Shown here piece by piece: positions 16,293 through 26,054 of a stretch of DNA of 32,233 nucleotides. Each line of letters opens with the position of its first letter. The first letter of the stretch is position 1. The notes under the pieces were generated by a model, which saw only the letters and a list, made by a program, of their open reading frames with translations, was not told where the DNA came from and did no database searches. This stretch comes from Deltaproteobacteria bacterium HGW-Deltaproteobacteria-17. GTDB lineage: Bacteria; Myxococcota_A; Polyangia; HGW-17. The position numbers were made by a program, and so were the translations under genes. The stretch lies in assembly GCA_002841905.1 (NCBI GenBank), contig PHBF01000003.1, forward strand, positions 1 to 32,233, written 5' to 3'.

Positions 16293-18116
16293 TCAGGAGG
16301 GATCGTCGAACTCGGGGCGGGTGGAGCGGCGGTTGGCCGCCAGGACGCGCTTGCGGATGCGGATGTTCAGCGGCGTGACCTCGACCATCTCGTCGTCCCG
16401 GATGAACTCCATGGCCTGCTCCAGCGACATGATCCGCGGGGGCGTCAAAATGGTGTTCTCGTCGCGGCCCGCGGCGCGGATGTTGGTCAGGTGCTTCTCG
16501 CGGCAGACGTTGACGTTGAGATCGTTCTCGCGGATGTGCTCGCCCACGACCATGCCCTCGTAGACCTTGAACTGCGCGGGCACGAACAGGGTGCCGCGGG
16601 GCTGCATGTGGAACAAGGCGTAGGGCGTGGTCGGACCGGTGCGGTCGGCCACCAGCGCGCCGGAGCGGCGGCCCTGGATCGGGCCCTGCCAGGGGATCCA
16701 GCCGGCAAAGTGGGTGTGCATGATGCCGGTGCCGCGGGTCTCGGTGAGGAACTCGCCCTGGAATCCGATGATCCCGCGGGTGGGAATCTCGAAGATCATG
16801 CGCATGCGGTCGCCGATGGGGGACATCTCCATCAGTCGTCCGCGGCGGGGGCCGAGGCGCTCGGAGACCACACCGACCATCTCGGCGGGACAGTCGACGG
16901 TGAGGTACTCCTGGGGCTCCATCAGTTGGCCGTCGACGCGGCGGGTGACGACCTCGGGGCGGGAGAGCATCAGTTCGTAGCTCTCGCGGCGCATGGTCTC
17001 CACAAGGATGCCCAGTTGGAGTTCGCCGCGGCCCATCACGCGAAAGGTGTCGGCGGAGTCTGTCTCCTCGACGCGGATCGCGACGTTGGCCTTGGCCTCG
17101 CGGAACAGGCGGTCACGCAGATTGCGGGAGGTGACGTAGCGCCCCTCCTTGCCCGCGAAGGGCGAGGTGTTGACGCAGAAGTTCATCGACATCGTGGGTT
17201 CGTCGACCGTGATCCGCGGCAGCGGCGCGGTCTCGGGGAGGTCGGTGATGGTGTCACCGATGTTGACCTCCTCGATGCCCGCGAGGCTGATGATGTCGCC
17301 GGCGCGGGCGGTGTCGATCTCGATGCGGGTCAGGCCCGAGAACCCGTACAGGCGCATCACGCGGGAGGCCTTGGGTGCCCCGGTCTCGGTGTGCAGGTAG
17401 ACGGTCTGGCCGACGGTGATCTTGCCCGAGTGGATCCGTCCCAGGATCAGGCGGCCGACGTAGTCGTCCCAGCCGATGTTGTTGACGTGCAGCTTGAGCG
17501 GCTCGTCGCGAAGATCCAGGGGCGGGGGCACGAACTCGAGGATGGCCTCGAACAGCGGGATCAGGTTGGTGGAGTCGTCCCCGAGGGTGCGGTGGGCCAC
17601 GCCGGTGCGGCCGTTGGTGAACAGCACCGGGAAGTCCAGCACGCCCTCCTCGGCCCCGAGGTCGATGAACAGGTCGTACACCTCGTTGAGCACGCGCTCG
17701 GGCTCGGCGTCCTTGCGGTCGATCTTGTTGATCGCGACGATGGGCACCAGCTTCATCTCGAGGGCCTTCTGGAGCACGAAGCGCGTCTGGGGCAGCGGGC
17801 CTTCGGCGGCGTCGACGAGGAGCAGCACGGCGTCGGCCATGGTGAGCATGCGCTCGACCTCGCCACCGAAGTCATGGTGGCCCGGCGTGTCCAGGATGTT
17901 GATCCGGGTGTTGCCGTAGCGCACCGAGGTGTTCTTGGCCAAAATGGTGATGCCGCGCTCGCGTTCGAGGTCATTGTTGTCCATGACGCGGTCGAGCATC
18001 CCGTTCTTCTCGTTGAGCAGTCCGCTCTGGCGCAGCATCGCGTCCACGAGCGTGGTCTTGCCATGGTCGACATGCGCGATCACGGCGATATTCCTAACGT
18101 CCTTGCGTGTTTTCAT
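16293..18116 (-). CDS. typA: Translational GTPase TypA/BipA
   Basis: [63 protein letters not shown]. Confidence 0.97.
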   Translation of the reverse strand: MKTRKDVRNIAVIAHVDHGKTTLVDAMLRQSGLLNEKNGMLDRVMDNNDLERERGITILAKNTSVRYGNTRINILDTPGHHDFGGEVERMLTMADAVLLLVDAAEGPLPQTRFVLQKALEMKLVPIVAINKIDRKDAEPERVLNEVYDLFIDLGAEEGVLDFPVLFTNGRTGVAHRTLGDDSTNLIPLFEAILEFVPPPLDLRDEPLKLHVNNIGWDDYVGRLILGRIHSGKITVGQTVYLHTETGAPKASRVMRLYGFSGLTRIEIDTARAGDIISLAGIEEVNIGDTITDLPETAPLPRITVDEPTMSMNFCVNTSPFAGKEGRYVTSRNLRDRLFREAKANVAIRVEETDSADTFRVMGRGELQLGILVETMRRESYELMLSRPEVVTRRVDGQLMEPQEYLTVDCPAEMVGVVSERLGPRRGRLMEMSPIGDRMRMIFEIPTRGIIGFQGEFLTETRGTGIMHTHFAGWIPWQGPIQGRRSGALVADRTGPTTPYALFHMQPRGTLFVPAQFKVYEGMVVGEHIRENDLNVNVCREKHLTNIRAAGRDENTILTPPRIMSLEQAMEFIRDDEMVEVTPLNIRIRKRVLAANRRSTRPEFDDPS

Positions 18117-18264
18117 TCAGGTCAAAGTCCAATCCGGCGGGTCACCAACGATGCAGAGAAACGAATCAGCAGCAGGAACCTTCCAGCTGAGCCCCCTCTA
18201 TCACATTAATGAGCACGAGGAAAGCTGAATCCGGGAAATCGGAGATCCCGGGTGGCACCTGATT

Positions 18265-20160
18265 TCATTGCACTTCAATCGGCACGGTGGAATCGTTCGT
18301 GGAACCGTCGCCGAGCTGGCCCCGGGCGTTGGCGCCCCAGCAGTACAGCGAGGCCGCGGATGTGGCCGCGCAGGTGTGGTTGGCTCCGCAGGAGACGGCC
18401 GTGGCGCCGGTGAGCCCGGAGACGGCCACAGGGAAGGCGCTCGAGTCCAGGGAGCCGTCGCCGAGCTGGCCGGAGGGGTTGTTGCCCCAGCAGCGGAGGG
18501 AGCCGTTGCCGAGCAGGGCGCAGGCGAACGAGTTTCCGGAGGAGACGGCCGTGGCCGTGGTGACGTTGTAGACCGGTACGAAGGTGGAGTGGTTCTCGAA
18601 GGTGCCGTCGCCGCACTGTCCGGCGCCGTTGCGACCCCAGCACACGACCGTGGCGTCTGAGAGCACAGTGCAGACATGGTTGTGCCCGACGCTGACCGAG
18701 CGGGCCGTCGAGAGCCCGGACACGGCGCCGGGGGTGGTGGCCATGCCCCCGAAGGTGCCGATCCCGAGCTGGCCGTAGTCGTTGGCGCCCCAGCAGGAGA
18801 CGGTGCCGTCGGAGAGCAGCACACAGGTGTTGTACGTGTTGGCCGAGAGGGCGATCGCGCTGTTGATCCCGAGCACCGGGGTGGGACGATCGCGCAGGGT
18901 GGTGGAGCCGTCGCCGAGCTGGCCCGCGAAGTTGTCGCCCCAGCAGCGCACCGTGCCGTCGGAGCGCAGCGCGCAGGTGTGGGAGGTTCCTGCGGCGACC
19001 GACACGGCCAGCAGGGGTCCGAACACGGCCACGGGGGTCGATCGGTTCTGCGAGGAGAGATCACCGAGCTGGTTCGTGCCGTTGCTGCCCCAGCACACGA
19101 CGGAGTCGTCCTCGAGGACCGCGCAGGTGTGGAAGTAGCCTGCGGCGATCTGGCGGACCCCGGTCAGACCGGTGACCTGGACCGGGACCAGGGAGTCGAG
19201 GTTGGTGCCGTCACCGAGCTGGCCGTAGTCGTTGGCACCCCAGCACCACACGGTGGCGTCGGGGCCGATCGCGCAGGTATGGACGCCGCCGGTGGCGATG
19301 GAGGTCCAGTTGAAGCACGCGCCCGTGTCAAAGGCACAGTCGGCCCCGCAGAACAGGGAGCCGGTGGCGAAGCCCAGGGTCTGGCAGGTCTGTCCGCCGA
19401 GGTTGGAGGCGTCGCAGGTCTCCCCCCAGGCCTCCTGGATCAGGCCGTCACCGCAGCGTCCGGCGGCCTCGCAGGCGGCGGCGTCCAGGGTGCAATCGTC
19501 ACCGCAGGCCAGTTGGCCACCGTAGAAGCCAAGCGCTTCGCAGGTCAGTCCGTCAAGGTCGTCGCCGTCGCAGGTCTCTCCCCAGGCCTCCTGGATCAGG
19601 CCGTCACCGCAGTAGATGCCCTGCTCGCAGGCGGTGGTGTCGAAGGTGCAGGCATCACCGCAGGCCAGCTGGCCACCGTAGAAGCCAAGCGCTTCGCAGG
19701 TCAGTCCGTCGAGGTCGTCGCCGTCGCAGGTCTCTCCGGCACCGGACTGGATCAGGCCGTCCCCGCAGCGTCCGGCGGCCTCGCAGGCGGCGGTGTCGAA
19801 CACGCAGCCGGCGGCACAGGCCAGCTCGCCGCCGTGATAGCCCAGGGTCATGCAGGTCTGTCCATCGAGGTCGTCGCCGTCGCAGTCCTCCATGGGGCGG
19901 TTGAGGTCCCCGTCCCCGCAGCGTCCGGTCTCCAGGCAGGCGGCGATGTCGAACGTGCACGCCGACGTGCAGGCCAGCTGGCCGCCATGGTACCCGAGTG
20001 AAAGGCAGGATGCAGAGTTTAAATTATCCGTGTCACATTGTTCGCCCTCATTGAGGTTGACGGTGCCGTCGCCACACCGGACCTGGCTCTTGACGTCGAC
20101 CTTGCACGAGGGAATAAATGGCAATAAAAAAACAAACAGAATCGCAAACAGGTTTTTCAT
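18265..20160 (-). CDS. Lipoprotein with five Cys-rich repeats and a seven-bladed RCC1-like beta-propeller
   Basis: Signal peptide ending IPSC, five CGDG..ETCD..L.G.TC..LG..GG.LAC...C.FD..AC units, seven HTC..DG.V.CWG.N..GQLG.G-type units. Confidence 0.92.
   Translation of the reverse strand: MKNLFAILFVFLLPFIPSCKVDVKSQVRCGDGTVNLNEGEQCDTDNLNSASCLSLGYHGGQLACTSACTFDIAACLETGRCGDGDLNRPMEDCDGDDLDGQTCMTLGYHGGELACAAGCVFDTAACEAAGRCGDGLIQSGAGETCDGDDLDGLTCEALGFYGGQLACGDACTFDTTACEQGIYCGDGLIQEAWGETCDGDDLDGLTCEALGFYGGQLACGDDCTLDAAACEAAGRCGDGLIQEAWGETCDASNLGGQTCQTLGFATGSLFCGADCAFDTGACFNWTSIATGGVHTCAIGPDATVWCWGANDYGQLGDGTNLDSLVPVQVTGLTGVRQIAAGYFHTCAVLEDDSVVCWGSNGTNQLGDLSSQNRSTPVAVFGPLLAVSVAAGTSHTCALRSDGTVRCWGDNFAGQLGDGSTTLRDRPTPVLGINSAIALSANTYNTCVLLSDGTVSCWGANDYGQLGIGTFGGMATTPGAVSGLSTARSVSVGHNHVCTVLSDATVVCWGRNGAGQCGDGTFENHSTFVPVYNVTTATAVSSGNSFACALLGNGSLRCWGNNPSGQLGDGSLDSSAFPVAVSGLTGATAVSCGANHTCAATSAASLYCWGANARGQLGDGSTNDSTVPIEVQ
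19315..20080 (-). repeat. Tandem Cys-rich coding repeats, period about 156 bp
   Basis: 19500-19581 and 19656-19737 differ at only 2 of 82 positions; the other units are more diverged. Confidence 0.9.
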
Positions 20161-20256
20161 GGACTTTTCCCCAGAACGGACGCCCTAAAATCGCATGAAA
20201 CCCGGGGCAGGTCAATGGGCCGACGAAGGGTCAGCATATTCTAATTGAAATCTCCC

Positions 20257-20297
20257 TTGACATCCCCTGGGAAATAGTAGACTGATACATCGGTCTA
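20257..20297 (+). promoter_or_regulatory. Promoter-like region with palindromic operator
   Basis: TTGACA at 20257-20262. TAGACTGATACATCGGTCTA at 20278-20297 is 16/20 self-complementary. Spacing to TAGACT is only 15 nt. Confidence 0.55.
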
Positions 20298-20341
20298 GTC
20301 GTGTGGTGATTTTTAATATTCCGTCCTCTAGGTAAGAAATA

Positions 20342-23300
20342 ATGAGCCATCAAAGGTATTTGGGAATTGATATTGGTGCAGAAACGGTGAAACTGACCAT
20401 TCTTGAGCCTTCATCAGAAGGCATGAAATGGACGTGGAGTACAGTCCTCACGCACGGCGGGGATCCCCGAGGATCCCTCCTTCGTGCGCTGGACGATCTG
20501 CGGTCCCGGGACGACGGCGCCGGGTTCGCCGGGGCTGCGGTCACGGGGCGCGGCGCGGGCGTCATGAAGCTGGCCGTGGTGCCGGCGCCCCGGGCGCTGG
20601 AGCGCGGGGTGCAGTACGTGCATCCGCAGTTGCGGCGGGCGACCGTGCTCGACGCGGGGGCCCACGGCTTCTCGGTGCTGGAGATCCACGACGCCAACTC
20701 CAGGATCTTCCGCGAGAACACCCGCTGCTCCCAGGGCACCGGGAATTTCCTGGCGCAACTCACGGGGCGCTTCGGGCTCGAGGTCGGGGTCGCCGACGAG
20801 CTGGCCGCGGGTGTGGAGACGGCGCTTCCGCTCTCCGGGCGCTGTCCGGTGATCCTCAAGACGGACATGACCCACCTGGCAAACAAGGGGGAGGACCGTG
20901 CCCGGATCCTGGCTGGCCTGTTCGACGCCGTGGCGGAGAACATCGAGGTGCTGGTCAAGCCCGCGCTCGCGCCCCCGACGGTGGTGCTCTCGGGCCAGGT
21001 CTGCGAGAGCGAACGCATCCGGCGTCACTTCGAGTCGTTCTTCTCCTCCCACGGCATGCGGGTGGAGAGGTTGAACGAGCGCGCCCATCGGTTCTACGGC
21101 GCCCTGGGTGCGGCCCTGGAGGCCGCCGACCGCCGGGGAGAGGATGGCTTTTGCGCCCCGACCTCGACCGACGACTGGTTTTCAGGAGACAACCATCGTC
21201 CCTTCGAGGTCGTCGGTCCGCTGGTGGAGTCGCTGGCGCGGGTGCAGACGACGTCGCCGGAGCCGCTGCCGGGGCTTCCCGAGAGCGGGTCCGTGGTGCT
21301 GGGGCTGGACATGGGCTCCACGGGTTCGAAGATCGCCGCGATCGCCTCCGACGACGGAAGGCAGTTGTGGAACGCCTACGTGCGCACCGGGGGGGATCCC
21401 GTGGGCGCGGCGCAGCGGCTGCTGGGGCGTTTCTTCGAGGCCGCCGGTCCTGGCGTTCGGGTGCCCTGCGTGGGCGTGACCGGTTCGGGCCGCGAGATCG
21501 TGGGTGCGCTGATCCGCTCGGCCGCCGGCGACGACGGGGTGACGATCATCAACGAGATCGCCGCCCACGCCGAGGGCGCGCTGTCGGTGGATCCCGAGGT
21601 GGACACCATCTTCGAGATCGGGGGCCAGGACGCCAAGTACATCCGCCTGATGGGGCGCGAGATCGTCGACGCGGCCATGAACGAGGCCTGCTCGGCGGGC
21701 ACCGGCTCGTTCATCGAGGAGCAGGGGCTGCGTCTGTTCCCGGACCTGGACATCGCGGAGTTGTCGGAGCTGGCGCTGGCCGCCGGACGCGGCGTGTCCC
21801 TGGGTCAGCACTGCTCCGTGTTCATGGCCGAGGTGATCGAGCAGGCCAAGGCCGCAGGAGAACCCCTGGAGGCGCTCGTGGCGGGCATCTACGACAGCGT
21901 GATCCAGAACTACATGAACCGCGTGAAGGGGTCCCGTGACATCGGGAAGAAGATCTTCTGCCAGGGCATGCCGTTTTCGTCGATGGCGCTGGCGGCCGCG
22001 GTGGCGAGGCAGACCGGCCGGGAGGTGGTCGTGCCCCCGTCCCCCGGCCTGATGGGGGCCCTGGGCATCGCCCTGCTGGCACGCAGGCACGGCAACGCGG
22101 GGGTGCTCACGGATCTGCCGCTGCGCTCCTGCCTCGAGGCGAAGGTGGAGAGCCGCGAGGAGTTCGTGTGCACCAGCACCAAGGGCTGCAGCCCTCCGGG
22201 CAACCGCTGCCGGATTGACCGGATGCGTGTCCGCTTTCCGGACGGCGTGCGACCGTTCTTCTGGGGAGGCGCCTGCTCGCTGTACGATCGCAGCCCGAGT
22301 CGCCGTGCCCTGCCGGCGTCGGCCCCCGATCCCTTCATGGGCCGGGCCTCAGCGCTGGAGGCGCTGGTTCGCCGCCTGGGCGGGGCGGCCGCGGCCGGCG
22401 CAGGGACGCGCCCGACGCTGGCGATCACCCACGAGTTCCTGCTGCAGGGGCTGTTCCCCTTCTTTGCGACATATTTCCATGAGCTCGGCTTCAACCTGCA
22501 GGTGCCCGGAGATGCCGACGCCGGCCAGCTCAGGCGCGGCATCGCCCAGTCCAACGTCCCGATGTGCGCGCCGATGCAGATGTACACGGGCCAGGTCGGC
22601 GCCATGATCGACGGGGCGCCGGACTTCGTGTTCCTGCCGATGCTGCGCGACGTGCCCCGGGTGGGCCAGGAGGAGCACTCGACCGTGTGCCCGGTCGCGC
22701 AGGCCAGCGCCGACCTGCTGAAGCGGCTGTATGCCGACCGGCCCAAGGTGAGGTTCCTTCAGCCCGTGATCGACATGGGTCCGGGAAATCTGGACTCGGA
22801 GCTCTTCCGGAACTCCTGCGAGGCGGCGGCGCGGGAGGCGGGGATCACGGACTCGAGGGTCGTGCAGCGCGCCTTTGCTGCCGCCCGCGCGACGCAGGGG
22901 GAGTTTGATGCGTCCCTGCCGCGGCTGGGGCGCGAGGCCATCGACTGGGCCCGTGAGCACGACCGGCCCGTGGTGGTGGTGCTGGGACGGACGTACACCA
23001 TCTTCAACCACGTGCTCAACTCGAACGTGCCGCGGCTGCTGCGCGAGCTGGGCGCGGTGGCGGTGCCGGTGGACTGCTATCCCGTGGCCGGCGACGTGCC
23101 GGTGTTCGAGACAGTGTACTGGGGATATGGTCAGACAAACCTGCGTGCGGCCCACGAGGTCCGTAGAAACACCGGACATTACGCCGTGTTCTGCAGCAAC
23201 TACTCGTGTGGCCCGGACTCCTTCTCGCTGCACTTCACGAGCACGATCCTGCAGGGAAAACCCCATGCGATCATCGAGACCGACGGCCACGCCGGCGACG

Positions 23301-24706
23301 CCGGAACGCGCACGCGGCTGGAGGCCTTCCTTTACTGCGTGAGCCAGGACCGGCAGACGGGCCATCCAAGCCAGGAGAGGCCGCGGGAACAACTGAAGCT
23401 GCTGGAGCTCGACGCACTGACCCTGGCAGACACGCGCCGCCGCGGGGACATCCTTTTGTTCCCGCGCATGGGCGAGAACGCGGAGCTGGCCGCGGCCTCG
23501 CTGCGGGGGGACGGGTTCCGGGCCGAGGCGCTGCCGATGCCGGACCGCCACGCGCTGCGGCTGGGGCGGAAGTACACCTCCGGCAAGGAGTGTCTGCCGG
23601 CCGTGGTGACCCTCGGCTCGCTGCTGGCACGGCTGCAGGAGTCGCGCCATGAGGATCGGTTCGCGTTCTTCATGCCAACCGCCTCGGGGCCTTGCCGCTT
23701 CGGGATGTACAACCTGCTGCACAAGACGGTGCTCAAGCGGCTGGGGCTGCTCGATCGCGTCAAGCTGGTTTCGCAGCCGGATTCAGACTACTTCGCCGGC
23801 ATCTCCAAGGGGCTGGCGCTGAAGACGTTCGCCGCGTTCGTCGCCGGTGACCTGTTGACCGAGGCGCTTTTGTACACGCGCCCGGTGGAGGTGCGTCCGG
23901 GGGCGGCCCAGGAGGTCTTCGACCGCACCCAGAAAGAGATGATCCGCCACCTGGAAGGCACGCCTGCCCCGTCGCTGGGAAACAGCCTCATGGAGACCAT
24001 GGGGGGACTGTTCGGCGTGCGTGGAATCTGTCAGAAGGCGGCCGCCGAGTTCGCCGCGATCATGGACCCCGACCGGCAGGTTCCCACCGTGGCGGTGGTC
24101 GGCGAGATCTATGTGCGCCTGGATCCCTTCTCCAACGACTTCGTGATCGACAAACTGGAGAAGCGCGGCCTGCGGGCGCGGCTGGCCCCCCTCGGGGAGT
24201 GGCTGGAGTACACCGATCTCAGCAACGAAGCCGAGATCCGCAAGGGGCGCTTCTCCACGCCCGACGCGTTCTGGGCCCGAGCGGTGTCGACGTTCCTGCA
24301 GAAGAGCATCACTGCCAGGCTTTACCGGGTGTTCGCCGAACCCCTCGGGTGGCCCCGGCGCACGACGGCGGCGGAGTCGCTCCAGGCGAGCGCGCCTTAT
24401 CTCCGGGCGGACCTGCTCGGCGAGGCGGTGCTCACGCTGGGGGGGCCCGTGCACGAGTACCGGCATGGCGTCATCGACGGGGTCGTTTCGGTGGGACCGC
24501 TGGAGTGCATGCCCAACAAGATCTCCGAGGCGCAGTTCTTCCACGCCCAGCGGGACCTGGGTCTGCCGTTCGTGGTGCTCCAGCTCAACGGGGAGCCCCT
24601 CGACGAGAAGACGCTGGACCACTTTGTCTATGAAGTGCACCGCCGCAGGGACACCGCGTCGGCCGGCGCGTCCCTGTCGGAGCCCTCCTGGGCCGGTCCC
24701 TTCTAG
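20342..24706 (+). CDS. Four-domain acyl-CoA dehydratase activase-type protein (2x BadF/BadG/BcrA/BcrD ASKHA ATPase + DUF2229 + dehydratase/reductase-like), PlsA/PlsR- or Ger-like
   Basis: GIDIGAETVK..NTRCSQGTG..SGRCPV; GLDMGSTGSK..EIGGQDAK..NEACSAGTG..GQHCSVF; then MCAP, VCP, SCGPD; then ECLP, GPCRFG, ECMP. Confidence 0.9.
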   Translation: MSHQRYLGIDIGAETVKLTILEPSSEGMKWTWSTVLTHGGDPRGSLLRALDDLRSRDDGAGFAGAAVTGRGAGVMKLAVVPAPRALERGVQYVHPQLRRATVLDAGAHGFSVLEIHDANSRIFRENTRCSQGTGNFLAQLTGRFGLEVGVADELAAGVETALPLSGRCPVILKTDMTHLANKGEDRARILAGLFDAVAENIEVLVKPALAPPTVVLSGQVCESERIRRHFESFFSSHGMRVERLNERAHRFYGALGAALEAADRRGEDGFCAPTSTDDWFSGDNHRPFEVVGPLVESLARVQTTSPEPLPGLPESGSVVLGLDMGSTGSKIAAIASDDGRQLWNAYVRTGGDPVGAAQRLLGRFFEAAGPGVRVPCVGVTGSGREIVGALIRSAAGDDGVTIINEIAAHAEGALSVDPEVDTIFEIGGQDAKYIRLMGREIVDAAMNEACSAGTGSFIEEQGLRLFPDLDIAELSELALAAGRGVSLGQHCSVFMAEVIEQAKAAGEPLEALVAGIYDSVIQNYMNRVKGSRDIGKKIFCQGMPFSSMALAAAVARQTGREVVVPPSPGLMGALGIALLARRHGNAGVLTDLPLRSCLEAKVESREEFVCTSTKGCSPPGNRCRIDRMRVRFPDGVRPFFWGGACSLYDRSPSRRALPASAPDPFMGRASALEALVRRLGGAAAAGAGTRPTLAITHEFLLQGLFPFFATYFHELGFNLQVPGDADAGQLRRGIAQSNVPMCAPMQMYTGQVGAMIDGAPDFVFLPMLRDVPRVGQEEHSTVCPVAQASADLLKRLYADRPKVRFLQPVIDMGPGNLDSELFRNSCEAAAREAGITDSRVVQRAFAAARATQGEFDASLPRLGREAIDWAREHDRPVVVVLGRTYTIFNHVLNSNVPRLLRELGAVAVPVDCYPVAGDVPVFETVYWGYGQTNLRAAHEVRRNTGHYAVFCSNYSCGPDSFSLHFTSTILQGKPHAIIETDGHAGDAGTRTRLEAFLYCVSQDRQTGHPSQERPREQLKLLELDALTLADTRRRGDILLFPRMGENAELAAASLRGDGFRAEALPMPDRHALRLGRKYTSGKECLPAVVTLGSLLARLQESRHEDRFAFFMPTASGPCRFGMYNLLHKTVLKRLGLLDRVKLVSQPDSDYFAGISKGLALKTFAAFVAGDLLTEALLYTRPVEVRPGAAQEVFDRTQKEMIRHLEGTPAPSLGNSLMETMGGLFGVRGICQKAAAEFAAIMDPDRQVPTVAVVGEIYVRLDPFSNDFVIDKLEKRGLRARLAPLGEWLEYTDLSNEAEIRKGRFSTPDAFWARAVSTFLQKSITARLYRVFAEPLGWPRRTTAAESLQASAPYLRADLLGEAVLTLGGPVHEYRHGVIDGVVSVGPLECMPNKISEAQFFHAQRDLGLPFVVLQLNGEPLDEKTLDHFVYEVHRRRDTASAGASLSEPSWAGPF

Positions 24707-24728
24707 GCCATCCCTTCCTCAGTCCACC

Positions 24729-24768
24729 GAAAAAAAGCGTTGCGCCCGTCGGAGGCATCTACTACACT
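24729..24768 (+). promoter_or_regulatory. Sigma70-type promoter
   Basis: A-tract, TTGCGC (24740-24745), 17-nt spacer, TACACT (24763-24768), 20 nt upstream of ATG 24789. Confidence 0.6.
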
Positions 24769-24788
24769 GTGCGCTTCGGGAGCACCGG

Positions 24789-26054
24789 ATGCACAAGACG
24801 CTGATTTACAACATCTTTCCCACGCTGGCAGGCGATCTGGACCAGTGGGAAGAGTGGGTGAACCATGCGGTGGATCTGGGTTTCAACTGGATTTATATCA
24901 ACAGTGTCTTTGCGCCGGGGGCCTCCGATTCAATCTATTCGGTGGCCGATCCGTTCAGGCTGAACCCGAAGTTCGAGGTCTCCGGGAGCGGCGAGTCCGG
25001 CATCAGTCAACTGCAGCGGTTCCTGCAGCGACACCGCGAGCGCGGGGTTCGCTTCATGACCGACCTCGACCTGCTCCACTGCGCCATCGACGCTCCGGCG
25101 CTGCGGCAGCACCCGGACTGGTTCGTCCGGGACGCCTCCGGCGAGCCGGTTCATCCGTTCGGTCCGGACCCGCTGGACCCCTGCAACGTCACCCTTTGGG
25201 ACGATCTGGCCGAACATGACGTATACGGATCCCCCGATCGCCAGAGCCTCTGGAAATACCTCGAGGCCGTGGTGGACTTCTGGGTCGGCCTGGGTTTCTC
25301 GGGCTTCCGCTGCATGCACGTCACCTCGGTGCCCGCGCCCCTTTGGCGCATCTGCATCCGGGCCGCGCTGGTCCGGTCCCATGCCCCCGTGCTCTTCATC
25401 GCCGACGCCCTCGGCGAGAGCCTGGAGAAGGTCCGTGCCCTGCATGAATGCGGCTTCCACCACCTCTACAACTCCTCCTGCTGGTGGCAGTTCGACGCCG
25501 AATGGGCGCTGAACCAGCATGACCTGCTGCAGTCGGTGGCCCCGACGGTCTCGTTTCCGGAGAACCACGACACCCCGCGCCTCTATCACAAGACCGAGGC
25601 GCTCACCGCGGTGCAGTACCAACGATACCTGTTCGCGTGCTGGTTCTCCAGCGCCCTCCAGATGACCATGGGCTATGAGTACTGCTGGCAGAAGCCATGC
25701 CACGCCGTACGTACGACGCCGGCCGACCAGGAGTCGCGCGACCTGGACATCTCTGCCTTTGTCCGGGCCTGCAACCGCATGACCAGCGCCTGGCCCATCC
25801 TGTGCGAGGAAGGCCGCGTGAAGTCGTTGTCGCCGCTCTGGGAGCCGACGCTGCTGTTGTCCAAGACCATCGACGGCCAAGAGGGCCGCCTGCTCATCAA
25901 CAAGGACTGGACCCAGCCGCGCGAGGCCGAACTGACCGAAAACTGCGAAATCTGCCGGCCGGTGTTCTCCCAGGGACATTGGGAATGGGAGGCCGCCTCC
26001 GGGCGGCTTGAGCTGGCCCCGGCGGAGATCGTCCTGATCCGGAGAATCCAATGA
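24789..26054 (+). CDS. GH13 alpha-amylase-fold protein, catalytic residues substituted
   Basis: LGFNWIYIN, YSVAD, DLDLLH, HPDWF, WDDLA, GFRCMH, FIADAL, SFPENHDTPR. GGAG RBS before ATG 24789. Confidence 0.88.
   Translation: MHKTLIYNIFPTLAGDLDQWEEWVNHAVDLGFNWIYINSVFAPGASDSIYSVADPFRLNPKFEVSGSGESGISQLQRFLQRHRERGVRFMTDLDLLHCAIDAPALRQHPDWFVRDASGEPVHPFGPDPLDPCNVTLWDDLAEHDVYGSPDRQSLWKYLEAVVDFWVGLGFSGFRCMHVTSVPAPLWRICIRAALVRSHAPVLFIADALGESLEKVRALHECGFHHLYNSSCWWQFDAEWALNQHDLLQSVAPTVSFPENHDTPRLYHKTEALTAVQYQRYLFACWFSSALQMTMGYEYCWQKPCHAVRTTPADQESRDLDISAFVRACNRMTSAWPILCEEGRVKSLSPLWEPTLLLSKTIDGQEGRLLINKDWTQPREAELTENCEICRPVFSQGHWEWEAASGRLELAPAEIVLIRRIQ

Noticed and set aside
18265-20080. Repeats in the RCC1 gene as a CRISPR array or DGR template/variable pair
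   Set aside because: The repeats are in-frame protein repeats with no spacers, no adenine-specific mismatch pattern and no cas or reverse transcriptase gene.
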